DNA of 64,000 nucleotides, from positions 419,840 through 483,839 of the forward strand of contig NMRA01000259.1 in the NCBI GenBank assembly GCA_002633005.1. The letters are read 5' to 3'. The stretch comes from Phoronis australis (taxonomy: Eukaryota > Animalia > Phoronida). Made by a program: the position numbers and the translations under genes. Positions 51,501-63,392 of this stretch are shown one piece after another (position 1 is the first letter of the stretch; each line of letters begins with the position of its first letter). The notes beneath the pieces are model-generated. The model was not told the origin of the DNA, did no database searches, and saw only the letters and a program-made list of their open reading frames with translations.

Positions 51501-54500
51501 GACACCAGAGCGATTGAAACCGTGTGAACATGCCCCACAGCCGCCATCTTGAAGGTGACTTCCGGTTCAATAATTTTTTATAAAAGCTTATTAGACTCAA
51601 CAAACACGTGACCAGTTTGAAAGTGATTGGTTTGCAACTGCGCCCTCTACAGGAGAAAACGTTTTTAGCCATATTTCGGGGTGCGCATGCACCACGTCCA
51701 ATATTTCCGCCATTTTTAACTGGAAGTTAACGATTTTCTGCACAATTGTAGCACATGCGTTCTAGTATATTCGTACCGATTTTCAGCCATGTAGGTCGAA
51801 AAATGCGGCCTCTACGAGTATTTGACTGTGAAATCTGATACAAAATGACCGCCACGTCCGCCATTTTGTATCCGATCATGACCAAAAACAATAGCGTTCC
51901 AGTGATTCCCGATCTACATGTTGTGTGCAAATTTCGTGAAAATCGGACCAGAATTGCGACCTGTAGAGAGCGAACAAAAAAAAAAAAAAAAAAAACTTGC
52001 TGTCAGAGCAACATACTTGGCGGAATTCTTCCGCCAAGTAAAAAACATCTCGAAATGTTAGGCAACTTTTGTCACAACGCCATCAGCTAACGTGTATGGG
52101 CGTGAAATCCCATGTAGTTTGCTGAACAAGGACTTGCAGTTTGCTAAGGACTGTCGATCACGATGTAACTTGCCTTATGATTGACAAACAACACTGCTCA
52201 ACTTTCACAATAATACACAACGCAAGAAAATACCTCTAAATGTTTTTCAGTTTCCTTTGCCGATAGACCAGTAATCATAATCTTGGGCGAGGGGAACTCG
52301 CTGGTTTTTAAAGATGGAAGTTCCACATCGGGCACCATTCTGAAACGGACCATAACGTGGTAAGTGACAAGGAGGTAAATATTTATCAATAAGTGAAAAT
52401 CTCAAGTTGGTTTCCCAGCATGCACTTGGTCTTTACCAAACAAGTGCGAAGACACGCAGATGTTATCGTTTTATACAAGTACATCACTTACAAAAATACA
52501 CACCACCTATAGACATGTACACACGCTCTCAGTACAGAAATGGTTGCTTGTAGACAGTAGTTACACTAATACTGTTTCACTGTAATGCACAAACAGAGGT
52601 TGTCATAACATTTCAACTCTAATCAATAAACAGCTCAACGTAATCACAAGTCCAATCACTCTTAAGGTAACACAGCATCCCAGTTTCACACAATTTTAAC
52701 GGCGCAAGTCAATTTTGTTTAATTTTGCACAAAAATCACCTTGTAAAATTAGGGTTTATTTCCTGTGGTCGACACGGAGCTCATAGGTTTTTTGGTTTAA
52801 TGGAATGAAAATGCTTCGTTCTTATTTTATCTATTTTTGACCCGCCAAATCTGTACTTAAAGGAACACCATCACTTTTGAGTCCAAAAATCAGTATTTTA
52901 CGATATTGAAAGGGATAACTTAGAGCACAGCTTTAAAACGACAAAATATGTTGTTTTTGTGATTGTATTATAAATTATAAATTCTCACCATTGTATGCCA
53001 GGGTGGTGACTTTACCATTTAAATGTACGTAAAATACGTCTGCTATTTAATGCGTGAGATTTGCTTATGATAGAGCATTCAGCTGCTACTCCGGAGTTAG
53101 TAGGTTCAATTTCGCACTATTGATAATTTCTGTAAAGTTACTTTTCTCAAAAATACCGTCATTTTAATATAAGTAAATTGGCTATGGAAATGAACAAGAG
53201 ATTTAAAAATGGCCAAACATTCATATTTTCTGGAGAGGTTTCAGCAAAATCATCTAAGTTCACAGAAATCGCATTAACTAATAGCTATTCAGTAAAACTG
53301 ATGCAAAGATGTCAATTCTTGAGGGCAAGATTTTACAAGTTAACTGTCCTTCAGCAATCATGAGAGCAAATGAAATTAAAATTTAATTATCAGTTCTACC
53401 TTGCTTTCTTTGGCTCAGGAAAACTCTGGCTTGCATCGACTGGGGACTTCCTTTTGTTGCTCTCGGCCTCTGCTGGCGAATTCTTCACCGACGAAGGAGT
53501 GAATTTCTGGAACAAATTTTTTTCTTTTCATTATTTTAGGAAAATATTAAACCAAAATACCTTTAACTATGAAAGCACTAATAATTATCATCAATTATCA
53601 AGTATGTTTACAGACTAGAACATAATGTAGGAAAAATGTTTGAAATCAGAGAAGCATTCAGTAGCATTAACCACTTCCACGACACTTGTAACCAGAAACC
53701 TTGGCATAAACAACGAAAATGGGAAGAATTTTGTGTTACTTACCGTTTCCTACTACAATTTAACGTTCAACAGTAGCCATACAATCGTGGCAGTGATGGC
53801 CATTTTTCTACTGTCAGCCATAACCAGGTGTGAACATAAAAGTGAAATCCTAGCACAGTCTTTGGCAACACCAGAGGAATCTTGCATGATATCAACAAAC
53901 GTGCTAGATCTAGAACACACTCCTGCTAAGAAACAAATGGACTCACCTTCCAGGATTCCTTTGGCACTTTAACAGGAACACGCCAACCATCTAAATGAAA
54001 ATTCACACTTCTCAGTTATTAACATCTGAAGACCAGTGAATTTCTAAAGACAATAGCTTTACGCAATAATGGAAAATGGACTGAATTCACAGAATCTGAT
54101 TTCTTCTCAACGAACATAATGATTCCACAAGAGCCTTATTTAGAACACAGCAAGATTAATCTTAACAGTCACACAATCTGCGAAATTTTAGTACTTGCCA
54201 AAGTAGTTCTGTATTCATTGTAGGAGCTTAGTTTTCAACCCAACAGTATAGCAATTTGCAGAAAAAATTGAAATTCATTGAACTACATAGAAGCTATGGC
54301 AAAAAAGATTAAAAAAATTACTGTACATAGCAGATATTAAATAATAAAGCAACAACTCACTAAGCCATGGCTGAACCTGCACGGGGTCCACTTTGAACTC
54401 CTCCTCGCCAAGTGAGAACATCTGATATTTGAGCGGAATGTTGGCCTTCAGCGCCACCAGGGAGCCCGTCACAATGTCTGTGAGCCACCTGGTATTAACG

Positions 54501-57500
54501 ACAGGAATCCTCCACTCGTTGGCTTTCTGGTACTTAGCACCCTCTGTCCTGAACATTTCAATGTTATTATTATTACTTTTATTTATTTGCATAAATATAC
54601 CTGAAAAGACCTTGTAAACAACCACAAAAGAGAACTGAATGTCTCTTCTAAAGTCAATGCCATTACTCAACTACCCCAATTTTCGGTTAATTAGCTATTG
54701 ATATTTCAATATTGTAATTAAATCATTACGGATGTAATCTGTTACTCAAGTACTGGTGTTCCGCCCTAACTCCCATCATTACAACTATACCATGGTGGAG
54801 TTCATTTTTGTTGTAAAACTTAAAAAAATAAAATTCCACTTTTCTACCACAATGTATGTGCTTAATAACAGTAGAACAAAGCATACTTTTCACACAGCAG
54901 CACGGGGTTGGCCGTCGTCATGTTGCCATATGTGTGTACTAAAAACTGAATAAAGGTAGAACAAAGCCTACTTTTTGTACAGCACACAGTGTTAGCCCTC
55001 GTCAAGCAGCCATATCACGTGTACTAAAAACTGAATAAAGGTAGAGCAAAGCCTACTTTTTGCACAGCAGCACGGTGTTGGCCCTCGTCATGTAGCCAGT
55101 GTATTTGGCACCAATCAGCTGAACCATCTGTTTCACTTTCACTCGCTCTTCCTCTTCATAACCAGACACAGCAATCACCTACACGTTCAGAAAGTTAATG
55201 CAAATGACAAGTCACACATTACAGACATCTGTTTTACGAATATTTCCAGACCAGAGAGGTTTTTGAATGCAGAGAGATATGCATCTGTTCTACCCTACTG
55301 AGGCTAGTCTTTAGTGACAACACTTCTTCTCAGCTCCAGACATTTTCATCCAAGTAAGATTCAAGACAAGGCCAGTTTTATAGAAATAAGTGAATTTGTG
55401 AAAGTTACATGTTCTGACTTTTTGGCAAAAAATGATGGTGCACAGGGCTTTAAGATTAACGACTTTATACAAAAACAAGTCAAGTACAAAAAGAACAACC
55501 GGTTAATACATAACAAACCCAATAGGGGGCGATACCTGATCTTTGCCTGGCTTGAAATCTGTATACAGTGAGGGGAAGTGAAGTGCCTGCCAGGGAGGAC
55601 ACATCTTTCGTTGAACTAGTACATCATTTAGCCAAAAGGCGGTGACCACTCGCTTATTGTCTCTGATCGCCTGAAACGAAGAAGAACCTACATGAAGCTC
55701 CGACAGGTTCTAAGTTTTGGACAAAGAAGGAAACATTACAGAACTTTCGGATTCTTAAATCAATGATAAAATAAGTAGAAGTGTGCAGCAATTAGTTTTA
55801 AGCAGGTGACTTGGGCGCCAGAAAAGCCAACAGAGTGTGACCAAACACCACTCTGTTGCTCATAGAATGTGTGTGCACAGACTCACCATTTGGTAGACAT
55901 CACTCTTCTGGTGCTCACACAGGATATGAGTCACTCTGTTGGAGTAGGAAGGATCCACAATGCCACCATGCTGTTCTATGACCTGCAACAACGAGCAGAG
56001 AAAGTGAAATGTTACGTCCCAAACCTGACAAGTGAACCAAATAGCTGAATACAACTAGACTAGTCAACTTTTCTTCAAAATTGTATAGTTCCAAGCTACA
56101 TTTTCCGATTACTGATCATGATTGTCCATATAAGTTGGCTAGAACTACACGGCTTTGCTGAGTTCTTGACGACAAGGAATTCTAGCGCACGGTATTTTTC
56201 TACTATCTCAATAAAGCTGTCAGCCACATTCCCGCAAAAGGCCAGCCTCCAGGAAGCATGAAAGGCTCACAATCAGTAATTCAGGGGATTTCATCTACGG
56301 CGCTGCTGTCGTTTTTTTTCAAATGCATTATGGGACAGTTAACATCTTGTAACATTGGGTGACATCACTTGGTGACTTGAGATCAATATCACGGAAAATT
56401 ATGGCACTTGTCACTTCAGCAGATTATAATTGATGCGAATTTGACTAAATAAAAATCATACAAATGCATTGAATACATAGAATTTTAGCAAATCTGCATG
56501 AAAGGTTTTTTGAGGCGCGGGCCATTCAATCATGTCACCGGCTAAAACACGTGTTCCAGTCTCTAGAAACTCACACGAATACAACATTACGTCTGATTTC
56601 ATAAGACCTTACCATGCATTACAAGTGATGCTCAGGATTACCCCAGATTTACTCGCTAAATTCTTGCGTACAGGAAACAAAAACCAGGTTAATACAAGTC
56701 TCCAGCAGGTGTTTACGGGCCGACAACTGTCCCACAATGCATTACAAAAATGACTATGAGTGTCAGAAAATTTTTGCCCGAATTGAGATGTACCCACCGC
56801 TGCTCTGATCGGAGACTTTCGGGTAGCAATGAGGAATGATAACAAGAGACCAGTGACTCACATCGCCACCTAGCTGTACCAGGAACTACAACTTCGCAGA
56901 GGATAGCATAGGGGAACAGTTTGACTTTGTGAAAAGACCCTTATGCAGTGCATGCGATTAGGCGTGGTGTCTTTTAAACAAAAGTTACTAAGCACCTCTA
57001 TGTCCTCTAGAGGGCACTAACGTCTGGTCCCATATGATCAGTAACCATGTTGCTATCTGAAAATCTCTTATTTACTCACAGCTAGAATCAGAGTGTATTG
57101 TACAAGAGCCAGTTTCAATAAAAGTATACTTAGAAGCTGGAGAGGTGAGGGGCAGAGCAGGCAGCGAGGGGGAGGCGTAGTGAAGGTTGGGTGGGGGGAG
57201 GGGGAGTAAAGGCGGGGTAGCAAGAACTAAATTTTTTATCTCAACCATAACTCATGCTCCGTTTCTCAATTTGAAGCGAAATCAAGAAGTTGGAAGCTTT
57301 TTCTAGAATTCTGAAGCCCAACATAAGAATGCATACTCACTAGCTGCCAAATTTCCAGTTCTTTTCTGGTCAGGCTCTTAGGGTAGTCTGTTATATAAAA
57401 GATACAACCGAGAAGGCACAACTCACCGGGTACTGCAAAGGAAACAAATGAACACTGTTTACCATCTTACGACAGGTAAGCGTTATGGCAACATCCTTAA

Positions 57501-60500
57501 TGTGACATTATCAGCAAGGAAAAATCTTTCTGTGAGATCAGCCCAAACGCAGACTCCCAACTTGGAACCCTCGCGTCCCAGACAAATGCTCTGCTGACTG
57601 AGCTAAATTCCACTCGATATATGTCAGAGAGCGTGAGCCAACTGGAAAAGTCACTTGTCCGGATTTCTGCTTATGTCTGGCAGACAACAGTGAGAATGGA
57701 CGAGTTATAAAAAAATTACAAAAAACGGCAAATTTTATTTTGTTTTATAGCTCTGGTCATAGCTATAACTTCAACAATGATATATAAAACTTTCTTGTCT
57801 CTTTAAATCGTATCAGTACGATCTCGAAAACACAACTAAAACGGAGTAAGAACCAACAAAATGTAGTACAATCTGAGTAAGAACCTGTGGACGGTCGTTG
57901 TACCTTTAATTGATGTTTGGTAGCAATGAAAGCATGGTTATTATGGCAGCCCTAAATAGGCACGTTCTCACAGCACCTTTTCAGATTCTGATTATTTACA
58001 GATGTACACTGCTGTCGTGTTGATCAACATTTTAAGGTACAGTACTGTTATTCATATTTTAATGTTGCGCGATGGAGTTGCATTGCCTACACAAAAAGTT
58101 GACAAGCTAGGAAACACTTAGTGGTCTAGCTTATGAAAATCAGATCAACCACACACACGCAAATTTAGTTGATCATGATTTCATATCAACCATTTCTGTA
58201 AATAAAAACAAATAATGCGATATGATGTATTGGCTTATACGCATTCATACTGAGGGTAGATCTAATATACCATGGAAAGGTTCATCATCTTTCACTTAAA
58301 TGATTCCTTATCCCCGAACAGTGATAAATGATCAACAAAGGTTTTCCATGAACGATGATCAGACTGATGATCATTTATCATCATCTTGACTAATCATATC
58401 AACCCAAATGGGCGTGTCCAATGCTCTTTTATACCCCATGATGAGTTGAATATGGGAAACACCCATTTGTACGCGACAACAAAGTCGTGATGCAATACAT
58501 GATAATCTGGCAGAAAGGAGAGTGAACAAACTCACTAATCCTGCAAATGACTTCTCATAATTACCTCGGTCCACTTCATCATGGCCGTAGTACCTCGGCT
58601 CATCAGACATCTTGTTCTGATATTGGTTAGGACGGTTAGTGGAGCGTGGCGACCGTGTGATGGAGCTCATGATTTGCTGGATCTGAAGAATGCGAAGGAT
58701 TGAAATGACTTAATATTAGTAAATCCTTAACGAGGTGACGAATGCTAGGTCCAGTTTCTGCAGTGGGAACAAAACGAGATGGGAAGTGGCTAGTGCTGCT
58801 TATTCATACAGTTGGTTAACTGCCTTTCTCATGGAGACAACTACATGAGTGCGGCAGTAACAAATTGAATCCAAGACGATTCAGTTGAGAGCCCACTACA
58901 CCAACCACTGAACTATGTAGCTACAACAATGAGCAGTGGGTAAATATTACAGACAACCAACTTGGGAAACTTGTCAGAAAGTGGTGAAAATTTCTCAAAG
59001 GTTTGGAACAATTTGAAACACAGAGACTTTTTAGTTAGTGTAAAGATATTTCTGGAAGTTAGCCACCATTAATTTGTCAGCTGGCAGGCGCACTGGGACA
59101 GGTTTAACTCTGCTTTTTGTGAAGAAGTGACATATTCAACTCTCCAAGCTCATTCTCATTAATGCACCTACAGAAATGATCAAAAACTGAATGCCATCAT
59201 TTGACACATGAGAACTGAAAAACGCTATCCTTATGAGCTAAAAATTTGCAAACAACTTCTTGTTTTTCGTACTGGTTTTAAAGAGACCGAGAGTTCACTA
59301 CCATAGTTCACTGGAAGAGATGCCTGAAACACGTAATCCTTAATTTTCAAACAAGGTGAATTGATTGTACAAAATGTTGTCAAAACCATTAGAAAAGTTC
59401 TTCCGACTTACTTTATTTTGCTTCACAGGAGCTGCCGAGTCCTCCGCACCATTCGTGATATTCCTCAGCGTTCGTGCACCAGTTGGCGTGTTACTACGAG
59501 AGTTGTTCCGAGATGTTTTTTGGGTGCCTGTTGGTGTTGTGCTTCTAACCGGTGAGTTACTCGCGCCTCCACCTCTCGGAGACATTTTCCCAGTAGGTGG
59601 CCCAGAACTGAGAGCAGGAGGCGTGTTTCTGGGTGGAGTGGAGACACCTTGAGGCAGGTTCACAGGCATAGGAGGTACATTTCCTGGGGGAATATTGGAT
59701 GGTGGCATGCTACGTGGGGGCATACCAGGAGAGGGGAAGCGAGCACGTGGCATAAACCCTGGCGCCCTCTGTTGCTGCTGCTGCATGCCGACTGGGTGAA
59801 ACTGGGAATGCCGCGGCCCCTGGAACATCATACCTTGAGGGGGGGCAACACCGGGCGCAGACATGTTGGGAGCCATATGGGGTGGAAAAGGTGGTTGTGG
59901 ACCGACACCACGCGGTCCAGACATCACGTGTTGGGGTAACGAAATCGGTGGTCGCTGATGCATGCCCATGACAGGGCCCTCTGGTGATTCTGGAACCGAG
60001 CCGACTGAGTGTTGGATGCGATTGTTCACCATTCGAGCAATAGCTTCCCTCGCAGCCAAGTTTTCGGGTCTAGGAGGCATGCCCATGGTCTTGAGTGTGG
60101 ACTGGTCCATTTGTGGAAAGTGGGGATGATTGAGTGGAGTACGTGGCGATCCAGAAAGAGGTTGGCTTGCAGCCGCTGAGTGAGGTGGAAGATGTGGGGA
60201 TCGAAGATGCCCTTGATGCACGGCTTGATTAGGAGCAAAGAAACGGGGACCGCCCATGAGCTGTGTGTGGTACTGGGCTGGCACAGGGATTTGGTCGACG
60301 GGCCCTTGGGGTTGTTGAACAGGATGGGTGGAAGAGACAGGGGTGGGAGGCTTGGGGGGTGGAGGGGGCGTGGGTTCCTTGGGTGGGGTCAATATCAACA
60401 GCTTAGGATGGTATTTTGTCTCATCGATTTTTGCCTTGAGTGTAATGCAGTCTTGTACCCAGTCGGGGGTGATGATCTTAATGGCATCGTGCTTGATTGC

Positions 60501-63392
60501 ACACTCGTACTTAGCCTAAAATAATACAGCAATATCAATAGTGCAAATGAATCACTGAAAAATCCAAAAGCACACAATTGTTGTCCAAGTAGAATCCAAT
60601 TTTTGAACGAATTTTGTTCCACACTACTTGGCCAAGGTAGTTTGAGATCGCAGAAAACTATTCACATTTAGCAAATCACATCTCAAAGATGGCTATCGGA
60701 TCCAAAAGAAACTTTCACATATTGTAAGCATTTTCTGCAAACCCCTGATAGGAATGGTTAGTAGAATATTACACTTTCGCATAAGGAGCTATCACTTTTT
60801 TATCAAAAAGCTAAAAAGCTGCAAAAATGATAGGATACTTACGAAGTCGTAATACCTTTTTGATGATTCCATCATGAACAATTACATGAAATTCGGTCAT
60901 GTTATTGATTAGAAGTCGTTATTTGCAATGAATGTATTGTTCTTTTTGATAAATTTTACTAAATAGACTTGGTTGTGTGACTCAATTGATGACAGACGGC
61001 TACAAAGTAAAAAATAAAAGTCTGCTGGGTTTATATTTTTGGAAAAAATATACCTTTAAATATTTAAATTCATGATTGTTAAATATTTTAAAAGGCTAAA
61101 TGCACAGATATGTAGGTAAGGTCCGCATAACCTTAAATAACTTTTACCTAACCCAATGAACCCTTTAGGAGGTTTTAACAAACAAAAACTTCTTTGGGTA
61201 AACTCAGTTCAGTATCTTCATTTTGGTGCAACAAAATCACTTTACGTTAATTTTGAGAATTCCTTCAACTTTTGCTGACTGGGAGGTCCGCCCTTTTGTC
61301 AGAGAGAATGCCATTGGTCTATTTACACAAACCTCTTCCGTATTTACATAGGCACGACATTTCAGTCGATCATTTTTCCAGCCATCATCAGGTGTTCCCA
61401 TACATCCATGTTCGTTCTTCTGGGAATGCAGTAACACCTGAAGATGGCTGGAGAAATGACCGATTGAAATGTCGTGCCAAAGTAAATAGGGTAGAGGTTT
61501 GTGTAAATAGACCAATGGCATTCTCTCTGACAAAAGGGCGGACCTCCCAGTCAGTATTTTCCCTCACTTGACGAATTCCCCTACCAGGAGGGACGGGCAA
61601 CTTATTTCCTTAGGTGAGCGAGGTCCCTGCGATGACCCTGAATATTTGTGCCTCAATCTTAGGTCAGTAGTGCAAATAAAGTTATTATTTACTTATTATT
61701 CAAAACTTTCGTGAAAGATGGCAAAACACTGTAAATGGTGTTCACAACCTGAAAAACCGAGTTGAGTTTCTTGTACATTGACCAAGTATACTTGACTTAC
61801 TCCTTCAGGCCGTGTTGTTATAAGATGTGTGACATGTTTGTCCAAGTCCAACTGACATTGGCCTCCATGGAATGTGATTACTGCCCACAGCATGTTACTG
61901 TCCTCTTTGGTAAGCTGGAAGATACAGTACAAGGCATAGGATATAAGATATGGTTGGCCAACACTGCCAAACTGAAGATACAGTACAAGACATAGGATAT
62001 AAGATATGGTTTGCCAACACTGCCAAACTGAAGACACGGTACAAAGCAAAGGGTATAAGATATGACTAGCCAACATGGCAAAACTGAAAGCAATTTAAGC
62101 TGTGGGAAACAATAAATGGGTGGCCAATAGCCCCAAATTCAAAATGTCGTGCAACATAAGAAATTATAGGTACAGTTGGCCAACATTACCATGCAGAAGA
62201 CAGGGTATAGCAAATGGAGAACAAAATACAGATCGCTAGAACGGCAAGCAACAGAGAACATACCATAATTTTCCATACAGGGATGTTTAAGATGAAGAAT
62301 TGATGATGAACAGAAAACAATCATCTATCCACGAAAGTGTACAAAATGGAAAATCTAAAAAATTTAATACTCTCCACTTCTTTTTGGTTAAAAATTTCAC
62401 AATAGGAATTTGACTGCTCACCAATCTAATTTAAACTTATTCTAAAGTGATGCTTACTCCAACCACAAGGTGATTCCCGGGTTTGGAGAGAAATCAAAAC
62501 CTTTTACTTGAGATCACATACAATAATATGGCTTGCCACGGTGGGTCATTATGCTCACATGGCCACAAGAGCTGGCAGTTCTTCCCCAGCTCAGAAATCA
62601 CTCCCCATACGAGTGAAGAACAAGTTGAGACCAACATTATAGCCGCGGTAAGTGATCAAAATCAAAAGTTAGTTCCCTTGACGTCTGATGACGGGTTCAA
62701 TGCAGCTTTTACCCCTGTTGCATGCAGTCAATAAAGGAATAGATGATCCTCATAACAAAAGATATTGTATTGCATTTGAGGCAATCAGAGGACAGAAGTG
62801 TTTGTAGTTGAGCAATAATTTCAAAGAAAGACTACCGTACCCTGGATGGGCAGGCGACGACTCCAGAAAATAACTGCTTCGTTTCCGGATTGAAGGCATT
62901 CAGTGGAAGTACTGTATTACACCTGGCTGACAGCTCCACCCACCGACTCTGGAAAATATGCATTCTGGTGATTGGTACCACCTACAGGTGCCACGACAAC
63001 TTAAACAAATTTTTGACAGATTCTGAATACAGAATAAAATGCTGATGGTAATACTATCAAAGAAATGAATACTTTACAATGAATACCGTAAACAAATTGT
63101 TACATCCAAGAGCTCAAATCCAGACTCCTTTTGTAAAATGCCTCTGAGAACTTCAACCTCTATTTACCCTTAAATTTCAAAAGGAAAATATTGACGAAAC
63201 TTCTTTGAAAGTAATTAGTAAAACTATCACTCCTAAGCAATACTAGAAAATTACCGTGACAACAGGAAGTTCAAAGAGCTCCTTGGCCTCAGAAAATTCT
63301 TCATTGGAGTCATCATCTGCAATAACATGAGTCACCATTTGGCTGAGGTAACCATCCTTTTTGGCACCACGCTCATTTAACAGCTTCTCAAT
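45497..63392 (-). CDS. PAXIP1: PAX-interacting protein 1 (PTIP), six-BRCT scaffold; 18 exons in window, first exon(s) upstream of the window
   Basis: 18 GT-AG exons join in frame (3036 nt): BRCT pair, long Pro/Gln-rich linker, [70 protein letters not shown] - the PTIP architecture. Confidence 0.93.
46249..46324 (-). CDS. PAXIP1: PAXIP1 exon
   Basis: [25 protein letters not shown]. Confidence 0.9.
47567..47701 (-). CDS. PAXIP1: PAXIP1 exon (BRCT6)
   Basis: [29 protein letters not shown]... Confidence 0.9.
48200..48300 (-). CDS. PAXIP1: PAXIP1 exon
   Basis: [34 protein letters not shown]. Confidence 0.9.
48775..48943 (-). CDS. PAXIP1: PAXIP1 exon (BRCT5)
   Basis: [11 protein letters not shown]...[34 protein letters not shown]. 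Confidence 0.92.
49602..49659 (+). repeat. 29-bp tandem duplication
   Basis: CATCTAAYGATTTTTCACTTATTAAACAT x2. Confidence 0.85.
50582..52044. mobile_element. Helentron-associated (HINE/DINE-1-like) element spanning the assembly gap
   Basis: Start AACGAGAGCGCTCGGAGGAGCG..ACTTGGCGGAA; internal AAATTTCGTGAAAATCGG-type modules; A-run; terminal palindrome ACTTGGCGGAA-TTC-TTCCGCCAAGT (52016-52040). Confidence 0.6.
50861..51448. other. Assembly gap (588 N)
   Basis: Run of N. Confidence 1.
52234..52339 (-). CDS. PAXIP1: PAXIP1 exon (BRCT5 start)
   Basis: MVPDVELP...[19 protein letters not shown]. Confidence 0.85.
53400..53506 (-). CDS. PAXIP1: PAXIP1 exon (linker, basic NLS-like PKKAR)
   Basis: [22 protein letters not shown]...PEPKKAR; phases fit. 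Confidence 0.8.
53947..53990 (-). CDS. PAXIP1: PAXIP1 small exon
   Basis: [14 protein letters not shown]; donor GTGAGT; phases fit. Confidence 0.85.
54361..54548 (-). CDS. PAXIP1: PAXIP1 exon
   Basis: [26 protein letters not shown]...VQPWL. Confidence 0.9.
54870..55098. repeat. 85-bp tandem repeat (about 2.7 copies) that includes a PAXIP1 exon end and 5' splice site
   Basis: Donor copies at 55051-55056, 54966-54971, 54881-54886. Confidence 0.85.
55057..55178 (-). CDS. PAXIP1: PAXIP1 exon (BRCT4)
   Basis: [40 protein letters not shown]. Confidence 0.9.
55536..55670 (-). CDS. PAXIP1: PAXIP1 exon
   Basis: [33 protein letters not shown]... Confidence 0.9.
55887..55982 (-). CDS. PAXIP1: PAXIP1 exon
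   Basis: [32 protein letters not shown]. Confidence 0.9.
57341..57432 (-). CDS. PAXIP1: PAXIP1 exon (BRCT3 start)
   Basis: [30 protein letters not shown]. Confidence 0.9.
57539..57605 (-). mobile_element. tRNA-derived SINE head (similar remnant at about 58867-58915)
   Basis: Minus strand TAGCTCAGTCAGCAGAGCA.. A-box-like start, degenerate B box, no intact cloverleaf. Confidence 0.45.
58565..58682 (-). CDS. PAXIP1: PAXIP1 exon
   Basis: [13 protein letters not shown]...[10 protein letters not shown]. Confidence 0.85.
59412..60515 (-). CDS. PAXIP1: PAXIP1 large exon (end of BRCT2 + Pro/Gln-rich linker)
   Basis: [23 protein letters not shown]...YHPKLL then low-complexity region; 1104 nt, phase 0/0. 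Confidence 0.9.
61275..61554. mobile_element. Near-perfect 280-bp foldback MITE in PAXIP1 intron
   Basis: CTGACTGGGAGGTCCGCCCTTTTGTCAGAGAGAATGCCATTGGTCTATTTACACAAACCTCT exactly mirrored; flanks TG/TA (degenerate TA TSD). Confidence 0.85.
61801..61914 (-). CDS. PAXIP1: PAXIP1 exon (BRCT2)
   Basis: [38 protein letters not shown]; donor GTAAGT. Confidence 0.9.
61915..62089. repeat. 56-57-bp tandem repeat x3 that includes a PAXIP1 3' splice site
   Basis: Acceptor AG copies (CT on +) at 61915, 61972, 62028, 62084. Confidence 0.88.
62841..62948 (-). CDS. PAXIP1: PAXIP1 exon
   Basis: [36 protein letters not shown]. Confidence 0.88.
63255..63392 (-). CDS. PAXIP1: PAXIP1 exon (BRCT1)
   Basis: [27 protein letters not shown]...ELFELPVVT. 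Confidence 0.88.

Noticed and set aside
50787-51552. Long X-containing ORFs
   Set aside because: Artefacts of the N gap.
57539-57605. Functional tRNA gene
   Set aside because: Only A-box-like similarity, degenerate T arm; treated as a SINE head.
61237-61600. Paired ORFs [14 protein letters not shown] on both strands
   Set aside because: Caused by the foldback palindrome.
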